Origin: Epiperipatus broadwayi
Taxonomy: Eukaryota > Animalia > Onychophora
DNA: 64,000 bases
Direction of reading: 5' to 3'
NCBI GenBank assembly: GCA_028023455.1
Contig: JAQFVV010000003.1
Coordinates: forward strand, 14,942,001 to 15,006,000
Part shown: positions 36,793 through 51,142 of the stretch, piece by piece
Layout: every line of letters begins with the position of its first letter
How positions within the stretch are numbered: position 1 is the stretch's first letter
Translations under genes and position numbers: made by a program
The notes under the pieces: generated by a model
Told to the model about the DNA's origin: nothing
Seen by the model: only the letters and a program-made list of their open reading frames with translations
Database searches by the model: none

Positions 36793-38066
36793 CCATCATC
36801 ATCATCAACAACCATTATCAATCCACTTCAGGATGAAGGTCTCTCCAAGTTCAATCCATCTTATCTGATCTTTAGCTTCTCTTCTTCACATCACCCCTTC
36901 ACTCTTTCTTATTTCATCCATCCATCTCACATGTGGTCTCCTTCTGGGTCTTTTACAATCTCTTGGAATCCAGTTTAAGATTTCAATTGTCCATCTATTA
37001 TCATCTCTTTTAGAAATAGTCCAGCCAAACTTCACTTCAGTCTTTTAATTTTTTCAATGAAGTCAGTAACACCTGTTTGTTCTCTTACCCATATATTGCA
37101 TTTTTGATCTGTTCTTGTTACTCCCAACATGCATCTCTCCATACTTTTTTGAGTGATCTGAAGTGTCTGTATTGCTCTTCTATTAAATGTCAAAGTCTCA
37201 GATCCATAAGTAAGAACTGGTAAAACACATTTATTAAAAATCTTCCTTTTCAAACACATAGGCATATTTTCTTTTAGTATCAAGTTATTTCTACCAAAAG
37301 CACTTTAATCAAGTTTAATTCTATGATTAATTCCATCCATTATGTTTTCATCTGTATTAATAATCATACCAAGATATTTGTAGTTGTTAACTTCTTTTAA
37401 CTCATCATAATAAATCTTTATTTTCATATTTTAAGAAAATCCATTAAACATTACTTTAGTCTTTTAAACATTTATCTTTAGGCCTACTTTCCTACTTTCA
37501 TATGATAACTCCTGCAACATTTCCTGCAGCTCTAAAGCATTATTTGCTAAAACAACTGCATCATCTGCAAAATCTAAGTGACTTAAATAATCTCCATTTA
37601 CTTTCACCCCTTTAGCTTTCCATTTTAATCCACAAAATACTTCTTGCAGCAATGCTGTAAAATGTTTTGGAGATATGGATTCACCCTGTCTTACACTCTT
37701 CTTAATGTTGACTTTCCTAGTATCATTATGTAATCTAATTGTTGCTGTTGCATTTTTATAAATATTCTTCAAAATATGACAATATCCTGGATCTACACCT
37801 TGATGATCCAATGCTTTAATCACTGAAGAAATGTTTATAGAATCAAATGCCTTTTCATAGTCTACAAATCCTAAACATAATGGCAACTCATATTCATTTG
37901 TCCTTTCTATAATTTCTCTCAATACCTGGATATGATCTACTGTACTAAAACTACTTTTAAATCCAGCTTGTTCTTTTGGTTGGTGGAAATCCAATGTTTT
38001 CTGTAGATGAGTTATAACCATCTTGGTAAACATTTTGTATAATACTGATAAAAGGCTGATATACAA
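36793..38066 (-). mobile_element. RTE-clade LINE, 5'-truncated (RT and 3' end with (TGA)n tail)
   Basis: ORF 37464-38066 (QAGF...VDYEKAFDSI...VRQGESISP...HLDFADD) and ORF 37032-37283 (CVLPVLTYGSET...MERCMLG); 3' TTCATCCTGAAGTGG...(TGA)n. Confidence 0.92.
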
Positions 38067-38714
38067 TTTGTCAAAAAAATATACTTCTTTTAAAAATTAA
38101 TTTAATGATGTTGAATGATCAAGGTATAGCATTGTGAACCAAGTTATCAGAATCATATCTTCTTTTAAAACAAATAATTTAGCACATTTGGATTTTTGGT
38201 TAAACAAACAATTTAAATAACTTTTTTTTTGTTATCTTGTATCTATTTAGTATAAAACAGTAAAATATCACATTTACATTTACCATTTTAAGATATTTTT
38301 TAAACTTCAAGTTATTAGCTCTCATAATATAAAAGAATTGAAGTTGGTGGATAGATTCTGAGTACAAATCCTGCTTCTCACTGAAAATGATTGCCAGAAC
38401 CTATTTTAGGATATACATATAATACTATCTTCCAATGTCCATTGATAGTTTTAATGATTTAAGCTTACAATAGATGGATATAGGATAGATTAAAATAATT
38501 AATGAATTACTGCTACTAAATTAAACAATAAATAATTAGCATTTTTTTCAAAAATTATCTGATAATTAAATCTTACATGTTTTAAAGCAATATCCATCCT
38601 CCCTTTTATTTTTCTAAATTTATTGAATAAATTCGTAATAAGAAATATTCCAGTTTAAAAAAAAAACCCTCCCATCTTCACAATGTTATATTATTATTAT
38701 TATTATTATCATGA

Positions 38715-39112
38715 GTATTTTTTCTGGCAATGCTAAGGCTATTAATATGTGTTATATCTGAATTTGGTTCGGTCTTATATAGCTATTTAAGTTAGATAGC
38801 TGAAGTTAATGACATTTTCATGTCTAAAAATTTCAGACTTTCTACTTAAATATTATGTATTCAATAAGTGCTGTTTCTTGAGTTGATATTTTAGATTTAG
38901 TGTCTGAAAGTTCTAGTTCTTCACTGAAGTAAACCATAAGCTCGAAACCAAATGGTCTGAGGATAAGAATATTCCAGATAGAGATTTCAAATATTTTCTC
39001 TTACCACACTTATAAATTAAGAGCTTGTTTGAATTATTAGTACACTCCCTATATTACATATTTGTAAATAAGAGTTCATAAAAGCAATGACTTGCTTTAT
39101 TGATTATTGTTA
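38715..39112 (+). mobile_element. Solo ~400-bp monomer of retrozyme-like family B
   Basis: Reverse complement of the 20587-21010 unit along its whole length; sits in (TTA)n-like sequence. Confidence 0.8.
38911..38970 (+). ncRNA. Type I hammerhead motif, family B (U9 variant; stem II 5' strand mutated)
   Basis: TTCT-AGT-TCTTCA CTGAAGT AAAC-CATAA-GCTC GAAAC-CAAATG-GTC TGAGGA-TA-AGAAT. Predicted site after GUC at 38957. Confidence 0.72.
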
Positions 39113-39809
39113 TTATTTTTGGAAATTTTATTAATACTGTTAAAAAATTATCACTAAATCCTTCTAACTTTTTTTTTGTGTGGATAGCTCATCTCAATTC
39201 ACTATATCACACTTATTCAATAGAACAAAAGTCAGGTTGTCCTCTCTCACTAAGCACACATTTTACAAACAATCTAACATCTTCAAGTGAGCTAGAGATA
39301 TCAAACATCTGAATATCCATGCCCATTTTGACATTTTTCATTACATTACTTTTTCAGAGATTTGGAGGAATTAAGATGATGGCTGCCCTGACAAATCCAA
39401 AAGACATAAAATAAAACTACTTTAAACTCCCATTTAATAAATAACAAATTACTCATACTGTTTTAATTTATAGTATATATGTATTAAAAAAAAACTGCAA
39501 ATATGTTTAGAAAAATAGCCACGAAACTTCACTTTTTAAGATTATCTTATACTCTTTATGCATATATTGTTTATAATAAGTATAATTTAATATATACAAA
39601 GTGTGTTTATGTGAAAGAGTTGTTATGGTTTTCTTTGATTTATTTTTACTATTGGTAAAGAAAATGTAGTTTTCATTTAAAGAAAGATATATATATTTTC
39701 TTTTTGTTATTTTTTTTATTGTTGAATGTAATATTTTGGGATGAGAATGATGTGATTGCAATCTCCCCATATTTAATTCTTCTTTCATACCTCTTTTCCA
39801 AAGACTTTA

Positions 39810-39930
39810 TCATGTGGTTGAGTGTTAGTATTCATTCATTTATAGTTAAAATCTTCAAAGCACATGTGCAACAGCGTAATGCTGTGTTAAATATTACAGT
39901 TTACAAACATCGCGCTATAAAAAATGATTT
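39810..39930. repeat. Solo arm of the 28.2-kb fold-back family
   Basis: CTTTTCCAAAGACTTTATCATGTGGTTGAGTGTTAG...ACAAACATCGCGCTATAAAAAATGATTTA followed by a short (TA)n. Confidence 0.88.
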
Positions 39931-40277
39931 ATATATATATAAAATCCTATATGAAAATAATCTTAGTGCTTAATGCTAAACCTAATAAATATTCAAATAT
40001 TAAATACAGACTTTAATATATTTATATACTTATTTCACAAAGAACAGTGCTGACTTTCGTACTCATGTGATGTGATTTAATATTTGGATATATATATACA
40101 CATTCGAATTATATAATGTGTGCATATTTAATACTAACACATATTAAAATTTTACGTTATATATATATATATGTAAGATGTTTGGAATAGTAGCTCTATT
40201 TATTTAATATTTATATGTTAAAATATATTTATTATATTTTTTACTTTAGTTCAGATATTTTAAGATATTTATAACTG

Positions 40278-40278
<1 letters not shown>

Positions 40279-40328
<50 letters not shown>
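40279..40328. repeat. (TA)n microsatellite
   Basis: Interrupted TA run. Confidence 0.95.
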
Positions 40329-40329
<1 letters not shown>

Positions 40330-41689
40330 GTCTATAAATATTGACATGCTTTGCCTATCTCAATAATAATTTATATACTGTATTTAGTGTTGGCTAAGCA
40401 AAATTAATTTTAATTTATGTTTTTTTTAAATCTAAATTGTTTTTGGTGAATGCAGTATTATTGTAGATATGCACACACACTAGTAGTGAAAATGTTTTAA
40501 GGTTAGCTCAGTCATTTAAATATAACAATTTTTTTAAAAGATGAACTTTATAGCAAATTTATTATCTTTTCGTAAAAAAATTTTTATAGTTCAAAAAATA
40601 ATACTTAATCTAAAATGCTTTGTTACTGATTGTAATCAGTTCATTTTAATCAAGCGTTTAATAATTGATGTAATTATAAATTTGGAATTTGAAATTAATT
40701 AAAAATATTTGGCTTATCTGATTCAATTTTTTTAAGCACTCATTTGCTGACTAGAGAGATTACTTAAATTACTAAGTGGGATAAACAATAAATGGTAGGG
40801 CCATAAAAGATCAGTTAAAATCATTTAATTAAATTGTTTATTCTGATTAATTTTGATTCTATTTATTCTTTGGTGTCTGCTGATACTGCTTGTATTATAA
40901 TCATGTCCATCAATGATAAACTTAGAACTTGCACCAGTTGCTGTATCTGAAGCTATGTGCTAATAAGGTACCCAAAGATGAACTCCACTCTCCAGTATAA
41001 ACCAGTAATCAGCATGGGTTAACTTCACCTGCTAACTATTGAACCAGACAGTAACTGCTGGTATTTTAAAGATTGTCATATTCAATGCACTTCTCCTCAC
41101 CCATGAAACAAAAAGATCCAGAAATTATGTAGACATGCCTGGCATACATATGTATTTATATACTAAGCCCAATATTCACTTCATTATAGACTTAAGATAG
41201 AAAGAATCTTTACATAAATTATAATTTAAATATACCAATAAGCCAGTGATGCATAAGGGTGTACAATTTTTTTAATGATTTGTAATTTTTATATCACTAT
41301 TAATGTGAAATTTTATATTTTGGTCTTATTGATTTTATTTTTTTCCTATATGTCACATATTATAATCATTTGAGTATATTTTAGTTAAACCTTTATATTT
41401 GTTTTAAAATTTGATAGTTGATAATTAAGTTTAATAAACCCATGATAGTTTCTAGAATTATTATTTGTGTTTCCCCCTAGTAAGATTAATAGAATGTTAT
41501 TTAAAAGAATCTTAGAGCAAAATTCTTCCCTATTCACTTTAATGATTGTGTTATTCAATCTAGATTTTTTTTAGTAAAAAGAAAGAATTTTGTAAGCCTA
41601 TAGAAAAGAAATGTAGATTAATACTTTTTAATACATGTTTTTAATTAATAATGTCTTGGAACTTGGCATATTCATTTCTTACTAGATGT

Positions 41690-41827
41690 ATGACAATAGA
41701 TGGCATTCTACCAAAAACACTGTCAAGCGTATGTTTTGTTTACATAAATGTCAGAGCAAGCATTCACTATCTCTAACTTTAGTTCCACCTTCAGATCATG
41801 ATTTCAAGCTATTTGCTATCATCAGTG
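41690..41827 (-). mobile_element. Dispersed 5'-truncated fragment of family A with an intact HHR core but truncated stem I
   Basis: Matches the first ~140 bp of the 7977 unit; minus strand CA CTGATGA TAGCAAATAGCTT GAAA TCATGATC TGAAGG. Confidence 0.85.
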
Positions 41828-43282
41828 TATGTAAATGTGTGTATAAAATTTTTTATATAAGTGTTAAACTGTTTAAATTATTGGAAGTTTTCTTTTCTTG
41901 TTGTTTATATCATTGAAAAGAAAAAAGAAAGTATTTCACTTTTATGTGTATGCATATATCAAATGATCCTTTATATATACCACACAGAAGTTTATTTATA
42001 CATTCAACTTTTTTTATTTATTTTTATATTTTCCACTATGCAGAGGCAGATTTTGACATTTTGCATTGGATTCAACAATTTCCTGTCTATGCTCATTTTT
42101 ATATATTTTATCTGTTCTAACTTGTGTTTATACACACTTATAATTTGTGGTCTTTCATTTTGATGTTTACTTTGAGTAAAGTATTTCTTCCCAGGTCCTT
42201 ACTATATTTTCCTATTTAACACAGATTACTTATGGGTCTTTATTATTGTTCATTATATGTTTTTTCCCATGGCTGGAATCTTGCACTACTTATGAGCTTT
42301 GTTAGTAAAATCAAATCAGCATGTGTGAGCTCATCAAGTGCTTACATCTGAAATTGTTAAGTATATATAAAATTCTATTATAATAACATTTAATTATTTT
42401 TAATAATCTAAAAGTAGCTTTGAAGGGAAGGATAATAGAATCAATCAACTGTCAAATATATTCTCTACTTATTTAAAAAGAGTTTGTAATCAATTTTTAT
42501 ACATGTTTGAGCTAAAACTAGTTTAAACGCTTCCATTAATGTAAGTTTTTTATTAGATTTGTTTGGCATTTGATTACTCTTATTTAATCTGCCAATTATT
42601 TATTTTAATAAGAATTTCTGCTCTCTATGACTTAGCAGCAAATAATTTATCTATATATAATGTGATAGCTATGGTAGGAACTTGTAATAAATATCCATAT
42701 GAATAAATTATAAATATTCTAGGCTAGAGGTCTAGTGGTACCAGGCTTTCCAGTATTATATATATGTGTGTAAAGAGGAACATATAAAAAAATTACGTAG
42801 AGATTAATGTTTGGCATTATTAAAATAATGTTATTAGGATTATAAATAAATGCTAAATCCTAGATGATCAACAAATTAATAATTATTTTTTGAAAAAAAA
42901 GATTCATAGTGAATTTATTGTATTTTTTTGTAATTATAATTATAATAATTTTAATTTAAAAAACTTATCCTAATTATTTGTTTTTTACTAGAATAGCTAA
43001 CAAACAAATGATTAATTTATTTATAATTTATTCAGAACATACTCTTTTTCTTTTATTTAATTTTGCAATAAAAATTTATCTGTTAGTAAAAGTAAACAAT
43101 ATATAAAAAGTTTTTATTATTATTGAGTACTGATAAACCATTAGTGATTAAAATATATACAAAGTTTATTTTACGTAAACATTTTATAATCAATTAGTAA
43201 ATCCATATATAGTTTTGAGATAAAGATTATTTATAAATATATAATTGTAAATAATCATAATTGTGAATATATATATATATAT

Positions 43283-43845
43283 GAAACATATGAGATTGTC
43301 ATCTAACAATACTTGCTATTATAGCAATTAAACTAGCCAACCTCAACTCACAGTGTCAGCTTTGCTCAACAGTTGAAAAAACCATTACCCATCTCCTACA
43401 TGACTGCCCATTTCTTAGCCCACTCAGAACTTTCATCCGGCAAAAAGTTTCAATAGACTATAGAAACACGCTTTGCATTCAAAACGCCATTAAGACGGGC
43501 ATATTTTCGACCATCAAAACATCCATTTTCCTCACTTTTGCAATCTGGCTCACCAGGTGCAAGTACATCTTTGGACAAGCAGATAACAATGTCAGCAATA
43601 CCTTCTTAAAACTATTAAGAAGCACTCGTGATAGAGACCGGCTTCTTGCACCAGACTGGCTACACATTGAATCCTGGGCTAGCGTAGACCTAGTCTAGTA
43701 AGAATTTGCAACCCAAGATCTTCAGTTACCAGCATCAGGCCATTTGTCAAATCTAATTAGCAGAAGACTCGTGTCCAAAGATTGATTTGTCATTGTATTC
43801 TTTTTTGATTTAGTTAATAAAATTCTTTTTTGGAAAAAAAAAAAA
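43283..43845 (+). mobile_element. 3' end of an L1/Tx1-like LINE: ORF2 C-terminal CCHC zinc knuckle, 3' UTR and poly(A)
   Basis: Open frame ~43294-43698 not in the ORF track (no ATG): CQLCSTVEKTITHLLHDC...AIWLTRCKYIF. AATAAA at ~43816, A-tail 43834-43845, CpGs retained, abuts (TA)n. Confidence 0.8.
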
Positions 43846-44276
43846 CTATCCACTATCATAACATTGAATAATATATATAATGAAAGTACAGACGAACTTT
43901 TATTAAGTTATCTTTATTTATAAAGAACATTGTCATAAATAACTTTAGACAAAGGTGAGAGTTGTAATCAATATATATACTAGCTAAACAAAGAGAGTAA
44001 ATCATCCTCTCATAAGTTATGAATTAAAAGCACTCTAAATGTTGAAGAAATGATTAAGAATGATATAAATCCATTTATTCTTGGTAGCTCTGATATTTAT
44101 AAGCATATCTTTGTCAACATTGTTAGTAATTGAGAGAAAAAGTAATTTATTAGCCAGATAGAATGACACACTTAAGAGTTATTAAATTAATTTCACTCTC
44201 ACTTATAAATAATATTGATAATGGTATGCTTATAAACATCAGAGATTATATTTAAATAATATTTATAAGTAATAAT

Positions 44277-44377
44277 AGTACATGAGTTATCAACAGCAGA
44301 TAAAAACAACTATTGTAATTTAATTTTATAAACAATGTTGTAGATCATTTTTAACAGCTGTTGATAACTCAGGCACT
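44277..44377. repeat. Short inverted-repeat element (~21-bp arms)
   Basis: AGTACATGAGTTATCAACAGC and GCTGTTGATAACTCAGGCACT. Confidence 0.6.
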
Positions 44378-47300
44378 GATCTACTTGGCTATCTACATTC
44401 CATTATTTTCTTTAATTGTTTTTTTTTTAAAAACACATCATCTACGTCTCCAAATAAATCTGGAATAATTAATGACTACATGTTAAAATAAATATACTAT
44501 ATCTTGTATATCTGAAATCTAGATCCATAAAAATGTTAAAAAAAAACACACAACAGAAAACTCAAAGATAAAAAAAAAAAATTCTGCTATGTTTTATAAA
44601 AAATACTGTTTTTTTAACTTATTGAAATAATTAAATATTTACTTCATTAGCATGTAGTCTATAAAATATATACGTGCTTGGTGCACAAGTAATGAAGTTA
44701 GTAAAAGCAAAAAATACTCTGCAATTTAATGAGCTGAGTGCTTTTGGGAGGCTTCATGCTCCCATAATCATAGTTAGTTTGTTTTCTTTGTTGATCATAT
44801 TATTTAAAATATTTTTGTTAGAAAAGAACAGGAAATATTAGACTTGGAGATGTTCTTTAAGTTGTTTTGTTAGTTTTTAATTTTTAAAAAAGTAAAAACA
44901 AACATTCTTACTTTCTTTATTTAAAGACCTTGGGTCATCTATAATAGAGAAAACAAATATAAAAGGGAGTTTAGAGTGATTTTACATTGTCATGCACATT
45001 GCCAATAAACTACTCAGTTTAAAATAAATTTGATAATTATTTTTGGATTTTTGTGAAGTCAAAAAGTAAACAACTATTGGGTGGCAGTGGGAATCCAAAT
45101 AAATAAGAAATGTTTTATTTTTTAAGTTTTTTTTATTAATTTGTTGTTATTGTTTCAAAGCCAGCCAGTTCATTTTTATTTGGAGTGTTAATTTGATTTA
45201 TATTTTGTATTGAATGGAGCTGATAATTATTGTTTTCATAAAAATTGATAACACTTATATGATTGACTGTATTCTCCTCACTTTTACAAAACAATAAAAA
45301 GAAAATTAGAATATTTTAAAAACAAAGAATAAAAATTCCAGAATAAATCTGTCAATTACAAATATTAAAAGAGGTTGTTTAAAACTATACATCAATTAAT
45401 TTTGTAAATCAATATTAGGTATTATTATGATGATAAAAAATGAAAAGACACCTTGCAAATTTAGAATTGACCATATTTTCTCACTCTCTCTCCCATTTTC
45501 CATTCTTTCTCATTTCTCATAAATAAAGAAGACATTGAAAAGACATATAATATTAAGGTTTACAAAAAAAGACCTGTCAATAAAAAGTAATAAGAGGTTT
45601 TTATTTTCCACTTTGAATTTATAAATTATGTAGTAGTATTATAATAAATCCATTTTTCAAATCCAAAGGATCATCAATTGATTAATTACACATTCCAGTA
45701 TTCTTTCCTGATGTCAAAATAGTGTTTTAATCTGTTATCTGTAGTCTTCATCAAAAATTCTGTTTTGTCAAGTGAATTAAAACTCTAAACTTTTGATTAG
45801 TCAATTAAAAAATCAGCAGTAAAAATATACTTGTTTTTTAATATTATTTTCCTTTTAGTTTCATTTGTAAAAAACAAATTAATAATTTATCAGATTATAA
45901 AAGTGAATAAAAGTTTTTTCAAAAACAAATTTCTATTTATAATTATAAAAATATTTTATAACGAAGAACCTAAAAAGAACTTTCATAACCTATTAAAAAA
46001 TGTCACATTTGTCATTGATTTTCTTTCTCAATTTACATTCATGTAAAAGTAAATAATTTTTACTAAAATCTTAACTATTTTTTTTAAATAATTTTATTTT
46101 CAGCATATTTTATCAAAATAATTTATAATATGTAAAAAAAATACTCTAAAACATTCATTTTCTTTAAGAAAATCAAAACAAAAAAGTTGGAGTGATGAAA
46201 ATTGTTGACAAGCACCCCCTTTTGTTCAATATGAGCAACAACCAATCAGCACCTAGGCAAGTCTACCTTCTCCCATTGTTAAAACTTTAAATTTAAATAT
46301 TATTGATTTTTTACTTGTAAAATAATTCTAGAGAGGGAAGCATCTTATGGTACTTTTTAAGCTTTAAAATGAGCATAAATTCACTATGATAACATAAAAA
46401 CTGTCAGTTTAGAGTGAGTTGAAGCCATGTTCATCAAGAGATAAATGCAACAGTCAACAGGTTAAAGAAACAAAAAAATGGAATGTAGATAACTGACTAG
46501 ATCAGTACCTATAATTTGTGTATTATTATTTTATGTAAATATACTTCAAATGTGTTTTAATTTTCAAGTATATTACATTGTTTTATTTTACTAAATATAA
46601 GTAAATACCAGTAGTTTGCACATATTAGTAGAATAATATATAAAAATAAAAGTAGAAGAGAATATAATGCAGTTAATTATTAAAGTATATTTCTAATTTA
46701 TATATAAGAAAGATATATTCTGAGCACTTTTAAATGGTTTATTATGTAAATTCCAGTTTTGATTTTTAAAGTACTGAATATCAAATTAAAATTTTCCTTG
46801 TTAATTTTTTCCATTTTTCTAGTTGTCCTATTGCTGTTATTATATAGGTTGATAATTTAAATATATTTACATATTCTACTTTTAAATTCTAGCTATATCC
46901 TCATACTAGTGGAAAGTTTAATAATTCAAATATATTTATGTATTCCATTTTCAATTTTTGATATATTGAACACCAAATAAAATTTTTACTCACTAATTCT
47001 TTCTATTGCTTTAGCTGGCTCTGTAGTTTGATAATTAAAAATATATTTATATAATATTTACATGAAATAATTATCAATAGCAGTATCACAAAAAATAATT
47101 TTTATTAAATATAATAAATAATGATTTGAAAATAAATTTTTCTATATTTTTATGATAATTTTTAAAATGACTTTAAAATTTTAATGTCCTTATAGTATAT
47201 GCAATTGGGAAATTAAATATGGGGTCCAGATGAAATTTAAATAATTTAAAATATTTTTTTTTCAATAAAATTTTACCTGTATTATATATACAGACTACAA

Positions 47301-47959
47301 CATCTAACTTTATCATGTGAGGTGGTATAAGTTTAAGAATTTCAATATTTACCTTTTTGTGTGTTAAATATATTTAAACTATCATTCTAAAAGTTTAACA
47401 ATTTTGCAGTAATATTTTATCAAATTCAATACTATTTGTTTTGCTATATTGATGCCAATTTAAATTTTAACACATGATAAAGATATAAACTGAAATCCTA
47501 ACAATTCACCAAATTCATTATAATAACTTATCAAAATTGTCATTATTGAAATGAGATATTAAATTCATGGTTACAAATGCAATTTAATTAACTTAAAATA
47601 TATTTACAAAATCAAATTTTACCTTGCTTTTCATTTAAAAAAATTTCCAATTCTTTAATCTTTTAATCAGTGCAGCCTTCTTTTTGTGTTTTTTATAACA
47701 TCATTTGAAAACAATTGTGCTATACATTTTCATATTGAAATTACAATTTTGTTTAAAACAATTAAAGCAAAAAAGTATATGCTAGTAAAATTTTGTACAA
47801 ACAATGAAAGAAAATTATGCAAGTTTCTTCAAGATACAAACAAGCAAATAAACTTTTTAATTTATATAGTAATATGTATAAACTTGTGGTGAACTGTATT
47901 AAACATTTATTTTAATTCATATATGTATATATATGTGTGTCTTAAAAATTTATATGCTC

Positions 47960-47966
<7 letters not shown>

Positions 47967-48030
<64 letters not shown>
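47967..48030. repeat. (TA)n microsatellite
   Basis: TA run seen directly. Confidence 0.97.
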
Positions 48031-48034
<4 letters not shown>

Positions 48035-51000
48035 TTTGCTATTATTGAGATATAGTACTTTAAACAGAGGGCGTTACTGATATTTGTAATTGTATAATGG
48101 TTTGTATATATATATATATATATATATATAAATTAGGTCACTGCAACATTCATGTTTGCATATTACCAATAAATATTTCAGTAATTCGTTGTCACAATGC
48201 AATATTATGAATAGACAAAAAATGGACATTCAGTTCCTACTCTTGTCTGTGATTTTTTAAATAAACAGTAAATGCTACTAATAATAGATAATAAAATAAA
48301 AGTATAACTATTGAAAAATTTAAATAAACTTCATATAAATCAGTCAATACTATCATTTATAATCTATTTAAAGAATTATAGATGAATGCAGGCAATGTAT
48401 ATCTACTTTTTCCTATTCTTAGTGATGTAATGATAATAGATTGCTGAAATATTTAATGATGGTGCATAAAAGTGTGATGGCTATAGTATGGTAATTTACA
48501 TATAATGATCAGTTAGCTACTGGCATGTATAATTTATTGTATTTATAGAATAATTTATTTCAAATATAAAAATGATTATTTATAAATCTGACTACAAATA
48601 ATTAATTAGTTCATTTATATGAAGTTTATTTAAAATTCTTGGTAAAATTTTAATCTTACTCTATGATCTGTTATTGTTGGTAATTTACGATTTATTTAAA
48701 ATCATAGACAAGATCAAAAAGTAGCTAATTATTTTCTATCTAATTTTAGAGTTGCCTTGACAACAGATTGTTATAATAGAGTTGCAGTGATGTAATTTAC
48801 ATATAATGTTCAGTTAGATATTGACACTTATAATTTAATAAAAATAAATAAATCAAATGGTTTATAAACATCAGAAATGACAGAGCTGGTTAATGATCTG
48901 TGAACCATGAGCTCCAGGATATATATATACGTTTGGAAAATAAAATAGAAAAAAAACAAAAAACAAATGCAGTAAATACTTATAAACTAGTAAGAATTAC
49001 ATTGAGTTTAATATTTAATTTATTATATTTTACTTTAATAACTTTATTCAATTCATGTTCAATAAGTAATTAATACTGTTGAATTCAGTGAAAAAAGAAT
49101 AGTCTTTTAATTTTTAAAGTCTGATTAGAAATTGTTTTTTGGTTTTTAGATTTTTACTAGAACTCTTGAGAATACAAATTTAACTTATTTTTAATAAGTT
49201 AACTGTTTTATTATTAAAAATGCTTCTTTTTATCTTTTTTTTTTTTTTAAAGTATGCTAAAAGAATAAAAAAGAATTTGAAATGAATCCACAAGAAACAG
49301 ATTTTTAAAGAATACACTTGTGAAAAGAAAAATTGTATCGCTTATTACATTTTATATTTACGTTTGCTTCAGCATAATAAAAGCTAAAATTAAACAATTA
49401 CGTCGAGTTCGCTTTGACATATGGGGAAAAAAAAATTATATTAAAATCTTAAATTGACTTCTAAAGTTATTTTTAAAATACTAGAAATATTCTCTAAATT
49501 ACATAGGATATTGATAAGCTTATAATTTTTTCCAGTTTCATTTGAAGTTTCTATAGTTGTACCTAAATTTATGGCATGTTACCATTTTTAACTAATTCAT
49601 GTGAACAAAAAAAAATCTTTTTTATTAATTTTTAATTTTTTTAAAATATTAGATTCAATATTGTTTGAATCATGGAAATGCAAATCATAAATACAAGGTT
49701 CAATGTATAATAATATTAATTTAATTCAAAATTAGTTTTAGGTTTGGCTTTCATTAATTTTTGATTTCATTTATGTAATTTGCATTTACTGCTATAATAT
49801 ACTTTTTTGATTTATTACAAATACACTTTTCCAGATATTAAAAATTATTCATGTTTAATTGCAGGAAAGTTGTGCTTATATAAATTGGAATGAGTCTAAA
49901 GCTGTTTTTGTATTTATAAACAAAGTATTTTAAGATATTTCCAAAAATATCTTTTAAAAGTATAAGTTTTTTTTTAACCAAAAGATTAAAAAAAACCAAA
50001 AGGTTACATATAAGATTTGAGATGATTATGCAAATCAATCACAAATATGGCCATATTTATTATATGCTACTGTGCTATTAACTTTTAAACTTTTCCCTAA
50101 CAAAGTTTTTTTTTTTCTGACAGTAACAAAAGCTTAACTTAAAATCTTCATTGAATTTTGTTTGCAGGTATACTCTCCTAATGAATGCAATCAAGGTCTA
50201 CTACTTTATTAAAATGTCTTTAATGTAATATTTATATAGTAAATAAATTACTATGAATGAATGCATTTTATATGCTGTCTATTAACTCATCACTTGATTA
50301 AAATTTAAGATATTAAATTATAGTTAAATTCTGAACTGTGTATTATTGCAATATAAAGATCACAGGACCAGTTTCAGAGAAACTCCCTCCACTAGCTGTA
50401 GCAGTTTCTAATATCACTACCTGCAAATTAAAATAGGTTTGAAATTTAAGTACTAATCAAATTTTATTGTTTTTGTTCAATGTGTAAAAGTAAAATACAT
50501 GTTATTATTAAATGTAATTTTTATAATTAACAATTGGTACAGTTGGTGGAGAGAGTACTTTTAAAACTGATCATATGAATCTTGTATTGTTATAGTTTAC
50601 AATTTAGAACTTGTCTATTATATAACATATCAAAGTTAAATAATATTTTAATTGGGATATTTAAAATGCACTTATTTATAATAATATTTTAAGATATTGC
50701 TTTATAATGTATTAATTACAGAAATAATATCTATCACAAATACATTTCACTATAAAATACATTTTTAGAAAGTCTGTTATTCTTTATATTTTATATCTCT
50801 ATTCATTTTTACAAGAATTTAAAATTAAAAATTCAATTTCATCACATCAAGAAAGCACTAATAATATATTCATTGATCTTTTAATCTTTCCATTATATTT
50901 TCAGAATATTATTTTACATTGTGTTTATATAAGTTCTCAATTCAAACATTTAGTCATTGTTTGTTATACAATGATTTAGTTGAAATAATTGTATCACTAT

Positions 51001-51073
51001 GGTAAAATGTTCCATCTCTTAATTTGTTAAAAGAAGAGCATCACGTTGGTATCCATGATATTCTTTTAGTCAA

Positions 51074-51142
51074 GCATTGGTGGTCTAGTGGTTAGTTAGC
51101 TGCCTTCCAAGCAGCTGGCCTGGTTCACTTCCTGGTCAATGC
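51074..51142 (+). pseudogene. tRNA-Gly(TCC)-derived pseudogene or SINE head
   Basis: GCATTGGTGGTCTAGTGGTTAGTTAGCTGCCTTCCAAGCAGCTGGCCTGGTTCACTTCCTGGTCAATGC follows the metazoan tRNA-Gly(TCC) pattern, with a damaged T-arm/B-box; followed by a short tail and an A-run. Confidence 0.8.

Noticed and set aside
40860-41130. KFIIDGH on the minus strand as a DDE motif
   Set aside because: Single short motif flanked by stops; unsupported.
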